A program made the translations under genes and the position numbers. From an uncultured Alphaproteobacteria bacterium (GTDB taxonomy: Bacteria; Pseudomonadota; Alphaproteobacteria; Acetobacterales; Acetobacteraceae), in NCBI GenBank assembly GCA_963771475.1, contig CAVYTN010000023.1, positions 183,349 through 247,348 on the forward strand: a stretch of DNA of 64,000 nt, in the 5' to 3' direction. Positions 53,040-64,000 of this stretch are shown here, piece by piece. Under the pieces are notes generated by a model. The model worked only from the letters and a program-made list of their open reading frames with translations. It was not told the DNA's origin and made no database searches. How positions within the stretch are numbered: the stretch's first letter is position 1; each line of letters starts with the position of its first letter.

Positions 53040-55144
53040 TCACCGGCCGCGGGGCCGTTTCCCCGCGCGATCCTTTTTGGTCGGACGACCTTCCTTGGAC
53101 TGTGGCTTCGCCCCGGTCTGCCGCGCTTCCTTGCGCCGCCCTTCGTTGCGCCCCCCTCTTTGGGCCAGTCGGGAACGATTTGGAACTGCAATCCGCCGGT
53201 GACCGGATTGGCCTCGCTCAACCGGACCTCCACCTCCTGCCCCAGGCGATAGACGATGCGGCTGTGCCGCCCGGTCAGCGTCTGGGCCCGTTCATCATGC
53301 TCCCAGTAATCGTTTGGCAGGCTGGCAAAGGGCACCATCCCGCTGGCACCGGTGTCGGTCAGCGAAACGAACAGGCCGAAGCGCGTGACGCCGGAGATGC
53401 GAGCATCGAAATGGGCGCCGATTCGCGATGCCATGAAGGCGGCCAGATAGCGGTCGATCGCGTCGCGTTCAGCCAGCTGTGCGCGCCGTTCGGTTTCGGT
53501 GATGGCCTCGGCGATCGCCGGAAATTCCACCGCCTGCTCCTCCGGCAGGCCGTCACGGCCCAGGCGCAGGCCCTTGATCAGCGAACGATGCACCAGAAGA
53601 TCGGCGTAGCGCCGGATCGGGCTGGTAAAATGCGCATAACGCGACAGAGCCAGACCGAAATGACCGATGTTGTCGGGGCTGTAGGCCGCTTGCGATTGAC
53701 TGCGCAACATGACCTCGTTGACCAGCGGCGCTTCCGGCGTGCCGGCCACTTGACGCAACACGCGATCGAGGTCGCGCGGATGCATCTGGTTGCCCGGCTT
53801 CAGCGAAATCCCGAGCGTTGCCAAAAAGTCACGCAGTGTGTCCAGTTTGTCATCGCTGGGCGGGGCATGGACACGGTACATGCAGGGCCGGTGCAGGCGC
53901 TCAAGTTCTTCTGCAGCCGCGACATTGGCCAGCACCATGAATTCCTCGATCAGCCGGTGACTGTCGAGCCGTTGGCTGCGGCGCAACACTGGTCACATGC
54001 CCCGAGTCGTCCAGGATCACCTTCCGCTCGGGCAGATCGAGATCGAGCGTGCCGCGCTGCCTGCCGAGCGGCCAGCAGCGCCCGAAAGGCGGCATAGAGG
54101 GCGGCAACGGCAGGCCGAGATCGTCCTGTGCCTCATGCGCCGCCTGCACCTCTTCATAGGTCAGGCGTGCGGCGCTGCGCATCAGGCCGCGGCCGAAACG
54201 GTGCGACGTCTTGCGGCCGTGGCGGTCGATCCGCATCTCGACGAACAGGCAGCCGCGATCTTCGTGCGGACGCAGGCTGCACCAGCCGTTCGACAGCGCC
54301 TCGGGCAGCATCGGCACGACGCGGTCCGGGAAATAGACGCTGTTGCCGCGCTGGCGTGCCGTGCGATCGAGGGCGGAGCCGGGTCGGACGTAGTGCGCCA
54401 CGTCGGCGATCGCGACGATCAGGCGAAAACCGCCGGCTGCTCGGGTCCGGTTCGGCGAACACCGCGTCGTCGAAATCGCGGGCATCGGCGCCGTCGATCG
54501 TGACCAGCGGGATGTCGCGCAGATCGGTGCCGGCTGCCCAACCGCGTCGCGCGCGCCCGCTTTGCCTCCTGCTCGGCGTCGTCCGGGAAGACATGCGGGA
54601 TGTCGTGGGTGTGGATCGCGATCAGGCTGATCGAGCGCGCATCGCCCAGCTGGCCCAGCCGCTCGAGGACCCGCGCCGGCTTCAGCCCCAGATGCTGGTG
54701 GCGCGCAATCGGTTCGGCCAGCACGATCTCGTCCGGTTCGGCGCCGGCCTCCTGCCCCGCCGGCACGATCCATTCCGCCTTGGAGCGACGGTCGGTCGGA
54801 ACGATGCGGTTTTCGCTGGCGCCCGTGCTTGAAAACACCCAGGATCCGGCCCGGCGTTTCGCTGACGCGGCGCAGCGTGCGCGCCTCATAGCGGTTGGGT
54901 CCGATCGGGCTGCAGCCGCGCCAGCACACGCTCCCCGGGCGCCAGCGCCGGGGCGTCGGCCTTTTCCGGATGCATCAGGATCAGCGGCGGCAGTCCGTCC
55001 GCCCGGTCCCATTCCGCCGGCCGGCCAATCGCCTCACCGTCGCGGTCGGTGCCGGTGACCTGGATGATCAGCGTTTCCGGCAGACGTGAGCGTCGGTGCG
55101 GCGCCTCGTCCCTGTCGAGGGGCGCGGAGGCCCCGATGCTTCAT
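53040..55144 (-). CDS. rnr: Ribonuclease R, frameshifted
   Basis: TIDGADARDFDDA, AIADV, RGNSVYFPD..PMLPE.LS, LIEEFM, HFTSPIRRYADL, S1 domain, basic tail. Confidence 0.92.
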
Positions 55145-55252
55145 TCGTTTCGCCACAAAATCCGCAATCCGATCCTGCACATGCAGAGTGCCATGCGTAC
55201 CCGAGTGCCATGCCGGACGCTCATCCGCCGGTCCGCCATGGCCGGAGCGCAT

Positions 55253-56328
55253 CTAGCGCAGCCGCTGCACCGTATAATCGGCCACTCCGGCGAGCGCTCG
55301 GCGCATCGGGCTGTCAGGGAAAATGTCCAACGCTGCCTTGGCTTCATGGGCGAAGCGAGCCGCACGGTCCAGGGTGGTCTTGATCGCGTCGTGATCGCTC
55401 GATCAGGCGCATCGCCTCGATCCAGGTCGTCATCGGTCTGCTCCTGCGACTCGATCGTGCGCCGCCAGAACGCCCGCTCCGGCTCATCGCCGGCGAGGAA
55501 CGCGGCCAGCACCGGCAGGGTGATCTTGCCCTCGCGGAAATCGTCGCCGATCGTTTTGCCCAGGGTGGCCTGATCGGCGACGTAGTCGAGCGCGTCATCG
55601 ACGAGTTGGAAGGCGATGCCCAGCTTCATGCCGTACGTCGGCCAGCGCGGCTTCCTCGCGCTCGGGCCGGCCGGCGACGACGGCGCCGACCTGGCAGGCG
55701 GCGGCGAACAGCGCTGCGGTCTTGCCCTTGATCACTTCCAGGTAGCGGGATCTCGGTGGTCGACAGATCGTTCTGCGTCACGAGCTGCAGCACCTCGCCC
55801 TCGGCGATGGTGGCCGCGGCTTTCGACAGGATGCGCCAGCACCTTCAGCGATCCGTCATCCACCATCAACTGGAAGGCGCGGGCGAACAGGAAGTCGCCC
55901 ACCAGGACCGAGGCCTTGTTGCCGAACACCGCGTTGGCCGAGGCGAGGCCGCGGCGAAGCTGGCTCTCATCCACCACGTCGTCGTGCAGCAGCGTGGCGG
56001 TGTGGATGAACTCCACGCAGGCGGCGAGGTCGATGTGGCGGCTGCCGCCCGTCGCCGGATAGCCGCACAGCCGGGCGGCGGCGAGCGTCAGCAGCGGCCG
56101 CAGCCGCTTGCCGCCGGCGGCGACGATATGCGCGGCGAGTTGCGGGATCAGCGCGACCGGACTGTCCATCCGCGCGACGATGACCCGGTTGCAGGCTTCC
56201 AGATCCGCCTCGACCAGGTTGATCAGCGCCGTCAGCGCGTCCTCGGTTTCCTGCGTCCCCGGTTCGGCCCTCGGGTGGCCGGACCGTGACGCATCGCCCT
56301 GATCAAGAGGACTGGCGACCCCGGCCAA
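55253..56328 (-). CDS. ispB: Long-chain polyprenyl diphosphate synthase (IspB/DdsA), frameshifted
   Basis: GGKRLRP, LLHDDVVD..RRG, VLVGDFL, KTA.LF, FQLVDD, GDDFREGK.TLP. Confidence 0.9.
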
Positions 56329-56506
56329 CTGCGTTCTCCCGCTTGCATGCCTGGCCAGTCTACATATCGGTGGGCAGAACAAGGGGTCAAGCCAGCACCC
56401 GCAGCCGGATCGGTCCGCGGGCTGCGGCCATGCCACGGGATAGTCCGCCAGATTGCCCCATGGGTTTGCCCGCTTCCGCGTTGCGCGAGCAGTCAGGATC
56501 ATGCGC

Positions 56507-56717
56507 ATGCGCGTTGTTGCCACATCAAATGATCCTGTGAGGCTGTCGTTCCTCGACGGCCTTGCTGACCGATGCCGGCATCGATCCCGATCGTGCTCGA
56601 CCAGCACGCCAGCGTCATGGATGGCAGCGTCGGCGCGATCCAGCAGCGCCTGATGGTCGCGGATGACGATTTCGATCGCGCGACGCCGATTGCTGCGCGA
56701 CTGCCGGCGAGTGCTGA
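56507..56717 (+). CDS. DUF2007 family small protein, frameshifted
   Basis: SNDPVRLSF...LL.DAGI.PIVLDQH.S.MDGS.GAI..RLMV.DDD; usual position between ispB and the methyltransferase. Confidence 0.7.
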
Positions 56718-57438
56718 CGACCGAGGGGACGCTGCTGGGCGGCCGGGTGCGCTATCGCCAGCCGGCGCAAGGCTTCCGCAGCGGCATCGAGCCGGTACTG
56801 CTGGCCGCCGCGATCCCGGCCCGTGCAGGTGAGCGCGTGCTGGAGGCCGGGACCGGTGCCGGACCCGCGATGCTGTGCCTGTCGGCCCGCGTGCCGGGCT
56901 GCGCCGTGACCGGCGTGGAGATCGACCCGGCCCTGGCCGGCCTCGCTGCGGAGAATGCCACGGACAACGGGTTTTCCGCATGCCTGCGTCATCACCGGGC
57001 GACATCGCTGATCATGACGTTTTCAGTGCCGTTCGACCATGCCATGGCCAATCCGCCCTATCATTCCCCGACCTCGTCGCCCTTCGGACGATCCCGCTCG
57101 GCGAGCTCGCCAAGCGCGGGTCGGAGGCGCTGATCGCTGCCTGGATCGGGCAGATGGCGGCTGGTTTGCGGCGACGCGGCACGCTGACGCTGATCGTCGC
57201 GGCCGGCATGGCACCGGCCTGCATCGCCGCGATGGCGGCGGCACGGTGCGGCTGCACGGTGCTGTTTCCGCTCTGGCCCAAGCCGAACGTCGCGGCGAAG
57301 CTGGTGCTGCTGCGCGGTATCAAGGATGGGCGCACGCCCTTTGCGGTGCATGCCGGCTTGGTGCTGCACGGCTCTGATGGACGCTATACGGCGGAAGCGT
57401 CGGCCATTCTGCGTGACGGAGCGGCGCTGATGCTTTGA
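56711..57438 (+). CDS. tRNA1(Val) adenine37-N6 methyltransferase-like protein, frameshifted
   Basis: LLGGRV...QP..GFRSG, LEAGTGAG, GVEID, ANPPY. Confidence 0.8.
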
Positions 57439-57526
57439 CACCGCGCTGCGCGCATTGATGCGCATGGGCGTGACCCGTCCCCGGTCGCTTGATCCGTGGC
57501 TCAACCCGATTCGTGGCTGAACCCGA

Positions 57527-57801
57527 TCAGTAATCGTCGGCGTTCGGGTGTCGCAGGTGCCACAGCCGCTCATGCGCAGCGACGAGGCTTTCCATGTTGC
57601 GCCGACGCGTTCCGTCCGGGGTCAGCGGGCGACGGGTCAGCATCATTTCCAGGATATGAAGCAACTGTTCCGCTACTTCGAAATCTGCCTGGTCACAGGC
57701 GTGATGGAAGGCGATCAGAATCTTGTCCGATAGCCGTCGGCTGTACCGAGGCGCGTCCCCGTTCCGATATCGCGCCCGGTATCTTCTTCAGTTTGGCTCA
57801 C
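57527..57801 (-). CDS. Small hypothetical protein (about 91 aa, one frameshift), absent from the ORF track
   Basis: Own translation: MSQTEEDTGRDIGTG/APRYSRRLSDKILIAFHHACDQADFEVAEQLLHILEMMLTRRPLTPDGTRRRNMESLVAAHERLWHLRHPNADDY*. Confidence 0.7.
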
Positions 57802-58089
57802 GGCCGCCCCTATCATCTGGTATCCACCTATGCCGAAGCCTCCCAATGATGCCGAGGCACCATCCTTGAAGGCCTTGATGTTATGAACCGCTCACTGAAC
57901 CGCCATGTCCAGTGTGCAGCGCATGAATCATGCACATTGAAACGATCCGTCCGTGAAAAAATCGTTAACCCTGTCGTGTGAATCACGAAAAAATCCGATG
58001 TACGGAAAATAACGTGAATTAGTGTCATCGATCGTCGAACGAGGTAACGATACAACCACGCCGTTCATTCGATGAAATATCAGGAAACC

Positions 58090-58124
58090 TGCAACCGCAC
58101 TGGAATTCTCATGGTGCGGTTGCA
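58090..58124. other. Inverted repeat (terminator or operator) between nrdB and the small gene
   Basis: TGCAACCGCAC-N13-GTGCGGTTGCA, perfect 11-bp stem. Confidence 0.4.
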
Positions 58125-58212
58125 ATCTGGAGAGCGCGGTTGTATTCAGAACGATCCGATAAGGTCGTTGGTTCCATCACGCCAGCATCGCAGCGTCAGC
58201 CGGATGCAACCG

Positions 58213-59247
58213 TCAGTTCGGAACAAGCGAATTGACCGGCGAATCGCCGAACGCTTCGTCCCAGGTACCAGCGGTGGACGCCTTGCTGTACTCGGTCGCA
58301 CGATTCTCGAAGAAGTTCGCGTGCTCGACCGCGTTCAGCATCTCATCCAGCCACGGCAGCGGATTTTTGGCCACGTGGAACAATTCGTTCAGGCCCAGCT
58401 CGATCAGGCGGCGATCGGCGATGAAGCGGATGTACTGCTTGACCTCACGCGGCGTCAGGCCTTCGACCGGCCCCTGCTCGAACGCCAGGTCGATGAACGC
58501 ATCCTCATGCGAGACGATGGTCGCGCAGGTCAGATAGATCTCGCGGCGCAGATCCTCGGTCCAGAGGTCCGGGTTCTCCTGGATGAAGGTGCGGAACAGC
58601 TTGATGACGGACGCGCAGTGCAGACTTTCGTCGCGCACCGACCAGGTGACGATCTGACCCATGCCCTTCATTTTGCCGAAGCGGGGAAAATTCAGCAGGA
58701 TCGCGAAGGACGCGAACAGCTGCAGACCTTCGGTGAAGGCGCCGAACGCGGCCAGGGTCTTGGCGATCTCGAAGCGTGAATCGACGCGAGAACCCGTGCA
58801 TGTAGTCGTACTTGTCCTTCATCTCCTTGTATTTGAGGAAGGCGTGATACTCGATCTCCGGCATGCCGATGGTGTCGAGCAGATGGCTGTAGGCGGCGAT
58901 ATGCACCGTCTCGATGTTCGAGAACGCCGACAGCATCATCAGCACCTCGGTGGGTTTGAACACCTGCGCTGTAGTGCTTCATGTAGCAGTTGTTCACCTC
59001 GACATCGGCCTGGGTGAAGAAGCGGAAGATCTGGCGTCAGCAGGTTGCGCTCGCCGTCCGTCAGGTTGCGGTGCCAGTCCTTGACGTCGTCGGCCAGCGG
59101 CACTTCTTCCGGCAGCCAGTGCACGCGCTGCTGGGTCAGCCACGCCTCGTAGGCCCACGGATAGCGGAACGGCTTGTAGACGGGATTTTCGGTCAGCAGG
59201 TCGAACCGGATCGGATGTTCGTCGGCGTGCGGATTCATCCCGTCCAT
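58213..59247 (-). CDS. nrdB: Class I ribonucleotide reductase beta subunit, frameshifted
   Basis: YKPFRYPWA, HWLPEEV, FFTQADV, ETVHIAAYS, EGLQLF.SF, RDESLH, NFFENR.TEY. Confidence 0.93.
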
Positions 59248-59728
59248 GCCTTGCCGTCCCTCTAGCTGATGGAACCGGACTCGCCGATTCCCCGTGGTTC
59301 ATAGATATTGGCCAAAGCGTTATCAGCGCAACGATAGTGGGGTGATGCCTTCGGCCTGCCACGCACCACGGATGAACGTGAACGTCACGTGCCATCGTCG
59401 CGCAGTCATGCGCTGCATCGCCGATCACCGACGCTCGCTTTGACGTCATGGCGATCATCAGATGTCGCATCGCGGCCTATCCCTCGATACATGCCTAGAG
59501 TTGCCGGTCTCGACCATGTCCATCGGATGCGTTCATAGACGCTTATGGCGGCGGCGCGTTCGGCTCGGACCGCTAGACTGTGGCCATGCCCTGACGCGGC
59601 GACACTCGCTTCGCATCCCGACGATGCGCGTGCGCCGAGCAAAGGTTGCCTTCACCGCGGCTCGGTCCTAGCGTTCGCGCCATGGCGTCGTCCAGCGCCC
59701 CAAGCAGACGTACGAAGGAGATGGACGA

Positions 59729-61361
59729 ATGAAAGTCGGTCAGGCTGTCGCGGAAATCATGAAGCGCGAGGGGATCGAGATCCTCTGCGGCTATCCCGTC
59801 AACCACCTGCTGGAATTCGCCGCCGCGGCGGATATCCGTCCGGTCATCGTGCGGCAGGAGCGCATCGGCCTGCACATGGCGGACGCGATCTCCCGCGTGA
59901 CCTCCGGCCGCAAGATCGGCGCGTTCTGCATGCAGCACGGTCCGGGCACCGAGAACGCCTATGGCGGCGTCGCGCAGGCCTATGCCGAATCCGTGCCGAT
60001 GCTGGTGATCCCGCAGGGCTACCCGCGCCGCATCGCCGATATCGATCCGAACTACAACGCCGTGCGCGAGATGCGCGGCATCTCGAAGCTGCGCCGAACC
60101 GGTGAACGCTGCCGGAGGAGGTCGCCAACATCATGCGCCGCGCGATCAGCGCGATCCGCAACGGCCGCAGCGGGCCGGCGATCGTCGAAATCCCGACGGA
60201 TATCTGGAACGAGGAAATCGGCGACATCGACTACACGCCGGTCAGCGTCGCACAAATACGGCCCCGATCCGGTCGATGTCCGCAAGGCCGCGGCAGCGAT
60301 CCTGGCAGCGAAGCGCCCGGTCATCTACGCCGGCACCGGCGTCCACTGGGCGGAAGCCTGGGCCGGAACTGCGGGAATTCGCCGAACTGCTGGGCGCACC
60401 CGTCACCACCAGCCTGGGCGGCAAGAGCTCCTTCCCGGAGAACCACCCGCTGTCGCTGGGCTCCGGCGGCAACGCGGTGCCGAAGCCGGTGCATCATTTC
60501 GTGCAGAATGCCGATCTGATCATCGGCATCGGCTGCTCCTTCACCGAAACGAATTTCGGCATCAAGTTCCCGAAGAAAGAAGTTCATCCATGCGACGCTC
60601 GATCCCGAACCACCTGAACAAGGACGTGGTCAGCGCGATCGGCCTGGTCGGCGACGCCAAGCTGACGCTGCAGGCGCTGATCGGCGAGCTGCGGCAGACG
60701 ATCAAGGCGAACCGCGATCCCGTCCGCCGTGGTGGCCGAGATCACCAGCGATCCGCGAGGAGTGGATGGAGCAGTGGCGCCCGCTGCTGAACTCCAACGA
60801 GGCGCCGCTGCAGCCCGTATCGGGTGATCTGGGAACTGATGAACACGGTCGACGTGAAGAACACCATCATCACCCACGATGCCGGCAGCCCGCGCGACCA
60901 GATCTCGCCGTTCTGGGTGTCCACCGAACCGCTGTCCTATATCGGCTGGGGCAAGACGACGCAGCTTGGGCATGGGCCTCGGCCTGGCGATGGGGGCCAA
61001 GCTGGCGAAGCCGGACAAGCTGTGCATCAACCTGTGGGGCGACGCGGCGATCGGCTTCACCGGCATGGACTTCGAGACGGCGGTGCGCGAGCGGATCCCC
61101 ATCCTGTCGATCCTGCTGAACAATTTCTCCATGGCGATCGAGCTGAAGGTGATGCCGATCTCGACGGAGAAATACCGGTCCACCGATATCTCCGGCGACT
61201 ACGCCGCGATGGCCCGCGCCTTCGGCGGCTATGGCGAGCGGGTGACGCAGCCGGGCGACATCAAGGCGGCGATCCAGCGCGGCATCGAGCAGACGCAAGC
61301 AGGCAAGCCGGCGCTGCTGGAGTTCATCACCGCGAAGGAAACGCGGGTTTCGAAGTTCTGA
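59729..61361 (+). CDS. Thiamine-pyrophosphate-requiring enzyme (acetolactate synthase-like), frameshifted
   Basis: RQERIG.HMAD, QHGPG.EN, HDAGSPRDQ, GDAAIGFTG...LLNN. Confidence 0.88.
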
Positions 61362-61365
61362 GGAT

Positions 61366-61557
61366 GGGAAGGCCAGGGGCCTGCCCGCTGCGACCCCGCC
61401 AAGGGCAGCGGCCCTTGGAACCCCGGACTGGCTGGCGGACGGGAGGGGGCGACGTGCTGTTGCACGCACGCGTCGCCCCCTCCCGTCCACCAGCCATGAA
61501 TGGGATCAAAGGGGGCCGCGCCCCTTTGCGGGTCCAGGGCAGAGCCCTGGCCTTCCC
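61366..61557. repeat. GGCCAGGG-type REP doublet between convergent genes
   Basis: GGGAAGGCCAGGG (61366-61378) and CCCTGGCCTTCCC (61545-61557), with internal hairpins. Confidence 0.7.
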
Positions 61558-61558
61558 G

Positions 61559-62721
61559 TTACCTGCAGCGTCTCGGAAGAACGCCTGGATTTCCTGCGCC
61601 AGCGCCTCCGGCTGTTCCATCGCCGCGAAGTGGCCGCCTTGCGGCATCGGCGTCCAGCGCTGGATGTTCGTGTACGTCTGCTCCGCGATCGAGCGTGGCG
61701 GCCGGACGATTTCCTTCGGAAACGCGCAGTAGCCGGTCGGCACATCGATCGTGCCGTCCGCTGGGGATCGGCCATGCCCAGTGCATCCGAGCATAGTAGG
61801 GCCAGAACGATGAGCCGATCGCGCCGGTGAACCAGTACAGCGAGATATTCGGCCAGCAGGTGGTCGCGGCTGACGACCGACTCTCGATCGTCGCCGTCAT
61901 TGTCGGTCCAGGTCCGGAATTTCTCGGCGATCCAGGCCGCCAGCCCGGCCGGCGAATCCGTCAGTCCATAGGCCAGCGTCTGCGGCTTGGTGCCCTGGAT
62001 CGACTGGTAGCCGGTCTCCTCCTTCAGCCAGTCGGCCAGTTCCGCGAAGTAACGCGTCTCCTCCTCTGTCGGGTTGGGCGGCGGCGGCCGGTCGCGCGGA
62101 TCGTCGATCAGATTGATGTGGATGCCGATCAGGTTCGGTCCGGGTAGCGCGTAGCCGAGGCGAGACGCGGTGAAGGCGCCATAGTCGCCGCCCTGCGCGC
62201 CGTAGCGCTGGTAGCCGAGGACATCGGTCATCAGCGACGGCGAAGCAGGCGGCGATGTCCTCGATGCTGAAACGCTTCTGGCCCGGGCGTGAACGACAGG
62301 CCGTAGCCGGGCAGCGACGGAGCGATCACGGTGAACGCATCCGCCGGATCGCCGCCGAACCGGGCGGGATCGGTCAGGCGGGGAATGATGTCGATGAACT
62401 CGAACACCGAACCGGGCCAGCCATGCATCAGCAGCAGCGGCATCGGCGACGGACCTTTGCCCTGGCACTTGCAGGTAGTGCAGGTCGACATCCGGCATCT
62501 GCACCTTGAACTGAGGAAAGGCGTTCAGCGCCGCTTCCTGCGCCCGCCAGTCGAACTCCTTCCGCCAGTAGTCGACCAGCGTCCGCATGTAGGCCAAGGT
62601 CGGTGCCGTAGGCCCAGGGCGCGTCGGGTGCCTGATCGGGAAACCGCGTGCGTGCCAGCCGGTCACGCAAATCCGCCAGCGCGTCATCGGGAATGGACAG
62701 GGTGAAAGGTCTCGGTGTCAT
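61559..62721 (-). CDS. Microsomal-type epoxide hydrolase (EHN plus alpha/beta hydrolase), frameshifted
   Basis: L.DLR.RL..TR, FDWR.QE..LN, HGWPGS, PSLPGYG, QGGDYG, DSPAGLAAWI.EK, GGHFAAMEQP. Confidence 0.88.
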
Positions 62722-62921
62722 CCGGCATTTCCTCCTCTCTCGCGATGCCAGCATCCGTACCGCACAACGTGCGTCAAGGACCCTGCCCTCCGGCATGCCC
62801 CTTGCTCGGACTGTGGCGCAAAAATGCTTAGGTTGTGTCGCACAAACGCGAGGCGGGTTCGGCGGCGTCGCGCTGTCACTTGTCCGCCGCCGCAGGGCAC
62901 GCCGGGCATAGCGTCGTTCGG

Positions 62922-64000
62922 CTACGCTTTCCCGACCAGCGGACAACCCACCTCCGTCACCGGTTGGAACGCCCGATCCCCTGGCACCGTGTCCAGGACC
63001 TGCTCGTAATCCCACGATCCTTTCGACTCTGCAGGCGACTTGATCCGCGCCAGATACATGTCATGCAGCATGCGCCCGTCCTGCCGGATCGTTCCGTTTG
63101 CGGCATACATGTCATGCACCGGCATCGCCTTCATCTTCGCGATGACCGCTGGGCCATCCATCGTTCCGGCCGCTGCGACGGCGCGCAGATAATGTAATGT
63201 TGCCGAATAGGTCGCCGCGTGCGGCATTGTCGGCATCGCATGGTGCCGATCGAAAAAGCGCTGCGACCAGGCTCTGGTTTCTGGTGTGCGGTTCCAACTG
63301 AAGGCGGTCATCAGGGTGATGCCCTGCGCCACCTGCAGCCCGAGGCTGTGCTCATCCATCAGGTTGCACAACAGCGGAACCATGGCCTGGCCGCCCTGCA
63401 CGATGCCGAACTCGTTCGCCTGCTTCACGGCATTGATCATGTCACCGCCGCCGTTCGCCAGCGCGATGACCTTGGCGCCCGAGGCCTTGGCGGCAATCAG
63501 GAAAGAGCTGAAATCGCCGGCGTCGATCGGATGCTTGACCGATCCCAGGATCTTGCCGCCTGCCTGGGTCACTGCGTCCGCCGCGCTGGCCTGCAGCGAA
63601 ACGCCGAAGGCATAGTCGACGCTGATGAAGAACCAGGTGTCCAGTCCCTTCGCCACCAGCGTGCGCGCCACGCCGTGCGTCAGTGCGTAGCTGTCATAGG
63701 CCCAGGACATCGCGGTCGGCGCGCAATTCTTGCCGGTGAAATCATTCGTGGCGACGGCAATTGCAATTACGACACCGTTCCGATCCCGCGCATCACGCTC
63801 GACGGCGAGTGCGACGGCGGAATTGTCGAGACCGACGATCAGTCCGACTCCGTCACGGTCATACCATTGCCGAGCGATGGAGGACCCGATGTCGGCTTTG
63901 TTCTGGTTATCGGCGGAGAGGATTTCGATGGGCCGGCCAAGGACGCTGCCGCCCATCTCCTCGGCTGCCATTTTCGCGGCGATGACCGATCCCGGCCCCA
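62922..64000 (-). CDS. Branched-chain amino acid-type ABC substrate-binding protein (5' end beyond window)
   Basis: D.QNKADIG, SAVALAV, DYAFG, DFSSFL, .KQANEFG, IRQDGR. Confidence 0.88.
   Translation of the reverse strand, partial: GPGSVIAAKMAAEEMGGSVLGRPIEILSADNQNKADIGSSIARQWYDRDGVGLIVGLDNSAVALAVERDARDRNGVVIAIAVATNDFTGKNCAPTAMSWAYDSYALTHGVARTLVAKGLDTWFFISVDYAFGVSLQASAADAVTQAGGKILGSVKHPIDAGDFSSFLIAAKASGAKVIALANGGGDMINAVKQANEFGIVQGGQAMVPLLCNLMDEHSLGLQVAQGITLMTAFSWNRTPETRAWSQRFFDRHHAMPTMPHAATYSATLHYLRAVAAAGTMDGPAVIAKMKAMPVHDMYAANGTIRQDGRMLHDMYLARIKSPAESKGSWDYEQVLDTVPGDRAFQPVTEVGCPLVGKA

Noticed and set aside
57548-57733. 61-aa plus-strand ORF from the track
   Set aside because: It is antisense to the more protein-like minus-strand frame at 57527-57801.
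59296-59343. Tandem NrdR boxes upstream of nrdB
   Set aside because: Only partial matches (CCAATATCTA, CACTATCGTTG) with imperfect spacing; not supportable without a profile scan.

Overview
GC-rich alphaproteobacterial chromosomal segment; gene content and repeat types suggest Acetobacteraceae/Rhodospirillales (inference). It is mostly housekeeping and catabolic: comM, prpE, hemD-COG4223-hemY, tsaD-rlmJ-gpsA, murJ, trpS, mntH/mntR, bfd-bfr, glmS-glmU, many SDRs, glutaryl-CoA dehydrogenase, a DEAD-box helicase, pcaF, a Phd/VapC toxin-antitoxin pair, an ABC1 kinase, an S41 protease, RNase R, a polyprenyl synthase, nrdB and a TPP enzyme. Many essential genes carry several 1-bp frameshifts, which points to long-read consensus errors rather than real pseudogenes. 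I saw no rRNA, tRNA, CRISPR array or prophage. The most unusual signals are non-coding. (i) A polarised 5 x 71-bp tandem hairpin array lies upstream of the DEAD-box helicase. (ii) A four-layer nested palindrome/IS-remnant structure with a 4-bp target duplication sits at 15.3-16.1 kb, and a related MITE at 3.8-4.3 kb. (iii) A family of paired inverted arms built on CACGGAG or GATGAACAC motifs recurs five times. (iv) Three copies of a 105-bp RIME-like element are present. Coding oddities include a 25-aa acidic sORF coupled to both rlmJ and gpsA, hemC missing from its usual position, a metalloprotease-like protein with AEITH in place of HExxH, a sterol-desaturase-DedA/VTT fusion, a Cache-PAS sensor with no output domain, and a conserved-looking small gene missed by the ORF track. 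All family assignments come from motif recognition; no searches were run.
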